The notes beneath the pieces are model-generated. The model searched no databases, had not been told where the DNA came from, and worked only from the letters and a program-made list of their open reading frames with translations. This document shows positions 63,725 to 64,000 of a stretch of 64,000 bases of DNA, piece by piece (position 1 is the stretch's first letter; each line of letters starts with the position of its first letter). A program made the position numbers and the translations under genes. The stretch comes from an uncultured Pseudomonadales bacterium (lineage in GTDB: Bacteria > Patescibacteriota > Microgenomatia > UBA1400 > PJMF01), in NCBI GenBank assembly GCA_964556485.1, contig CAZKVV010000002.1:74291-138290 (forward strand), read 5' to 3'.

Positions 63725-64000
63725 ACCTCAGCTGCATACATTTGTTCTCGCCCATCTCATTGAAGAGACGCTCCTGTTTGAGTTACTAGATGGCGTACCT
63801 CCTGAAGAAAAAGATCAAGCATTAGCAACAATAGTTTCTTTAGTAACCCTAGCTTGCATCCAAAAAGTATATAACTCAATTGTTGAAACTCAGATTAGAC
63901 AACAGTATTTGAGTGATGTGACTGCTTTGCTTAGTAGATCAATGGATAAATCGATATTTTTTGATCGTTATCCTGGGTCTGAGCAACTGATGCAAGAACA
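63717..64000 (+). CDS. Hypothetical helical protein (partial, runs off the window edge)
   Basis: Hand translation from ATG 63717 stays open to the end: MHRPQLHTFVLAHLIEETLLFELLDGVPPEEKDQALATIVSL...; overlaps the upstream stop by 8 nt. Confidence 0.65.
   Translation, partial: MHRPQLHTFVLAHLIEETLLFELLDGVPPEEKDQALATIVSLVTLACIQKVYNSIVETQIRQQYLSDVTALLSRSMDKSIFFDRYPGSEQLMQE

Noticed and set aside
1-64000. Recoded TGA (genetic code 25 or 4)
   Set aside because: TGA ends many full-length genes with ATGA overlaps (for example 18677-18680, 26413-26416, 49678-49681).
1-64000. CRISPR arrays, tRNA/rRNA, riboswitches, IS elements, prophage or defence genes
   Set aside because: Intergenic gaps are all under about 90 nt; no periodic repeats or relevant protein motifs were seen by eye.

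Overview
Gene-dense, AT-rich bacterial DNA in the standard code (TGA is a stop, with many ATGA/TAATG overlaps). Gene content and style suggest a Patescibacteria/CPR, Microgenomates-like genome; this is inference. Positions 1-59.5 kb form one very large cell-surface glycosylation locus with about 30 glycosyltransferases: 15 multi-pass membrane GT-C-type enzymes (7 paralogues of one PMT/ArnT-like family, 3 'PTPS-related', 1 PIG-V-like, 4 others), 10 GT2 (3 of them polyprenol-phosphate-sugar synthase type) and 5 GT4. It also holds three Wzx-type flippases, a Wzm/Wzt ABC exporter, an O-antigen-ligase-like protein (partial, left edge), an LCP phosphotransferase, wecB/wecC, galE, rmlB-C-D, a second rmlD-like gene, three methyltransferases and an uncharacterised alpha/alpha-barrel protein. 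The window ends with trmD, gltX and hypothetical genes. Main observations: (1) the GT-C expansion, including an apparent duplication of a two-gene GT-C unit; (2) a shared beta-rich accessory domain inserted into a GT4, a GT2 (apparently circularly permuted) and a GT-C in the same 7 kb; (3) -10 boxes 5-7 nt before the start codon at most transcription-unit heads, suggesting leaderless mRNAs. I saw no RNA genes, CRISPR arrays or mobile elements. All family calls come from reading motifs by eye; no database searches were run.
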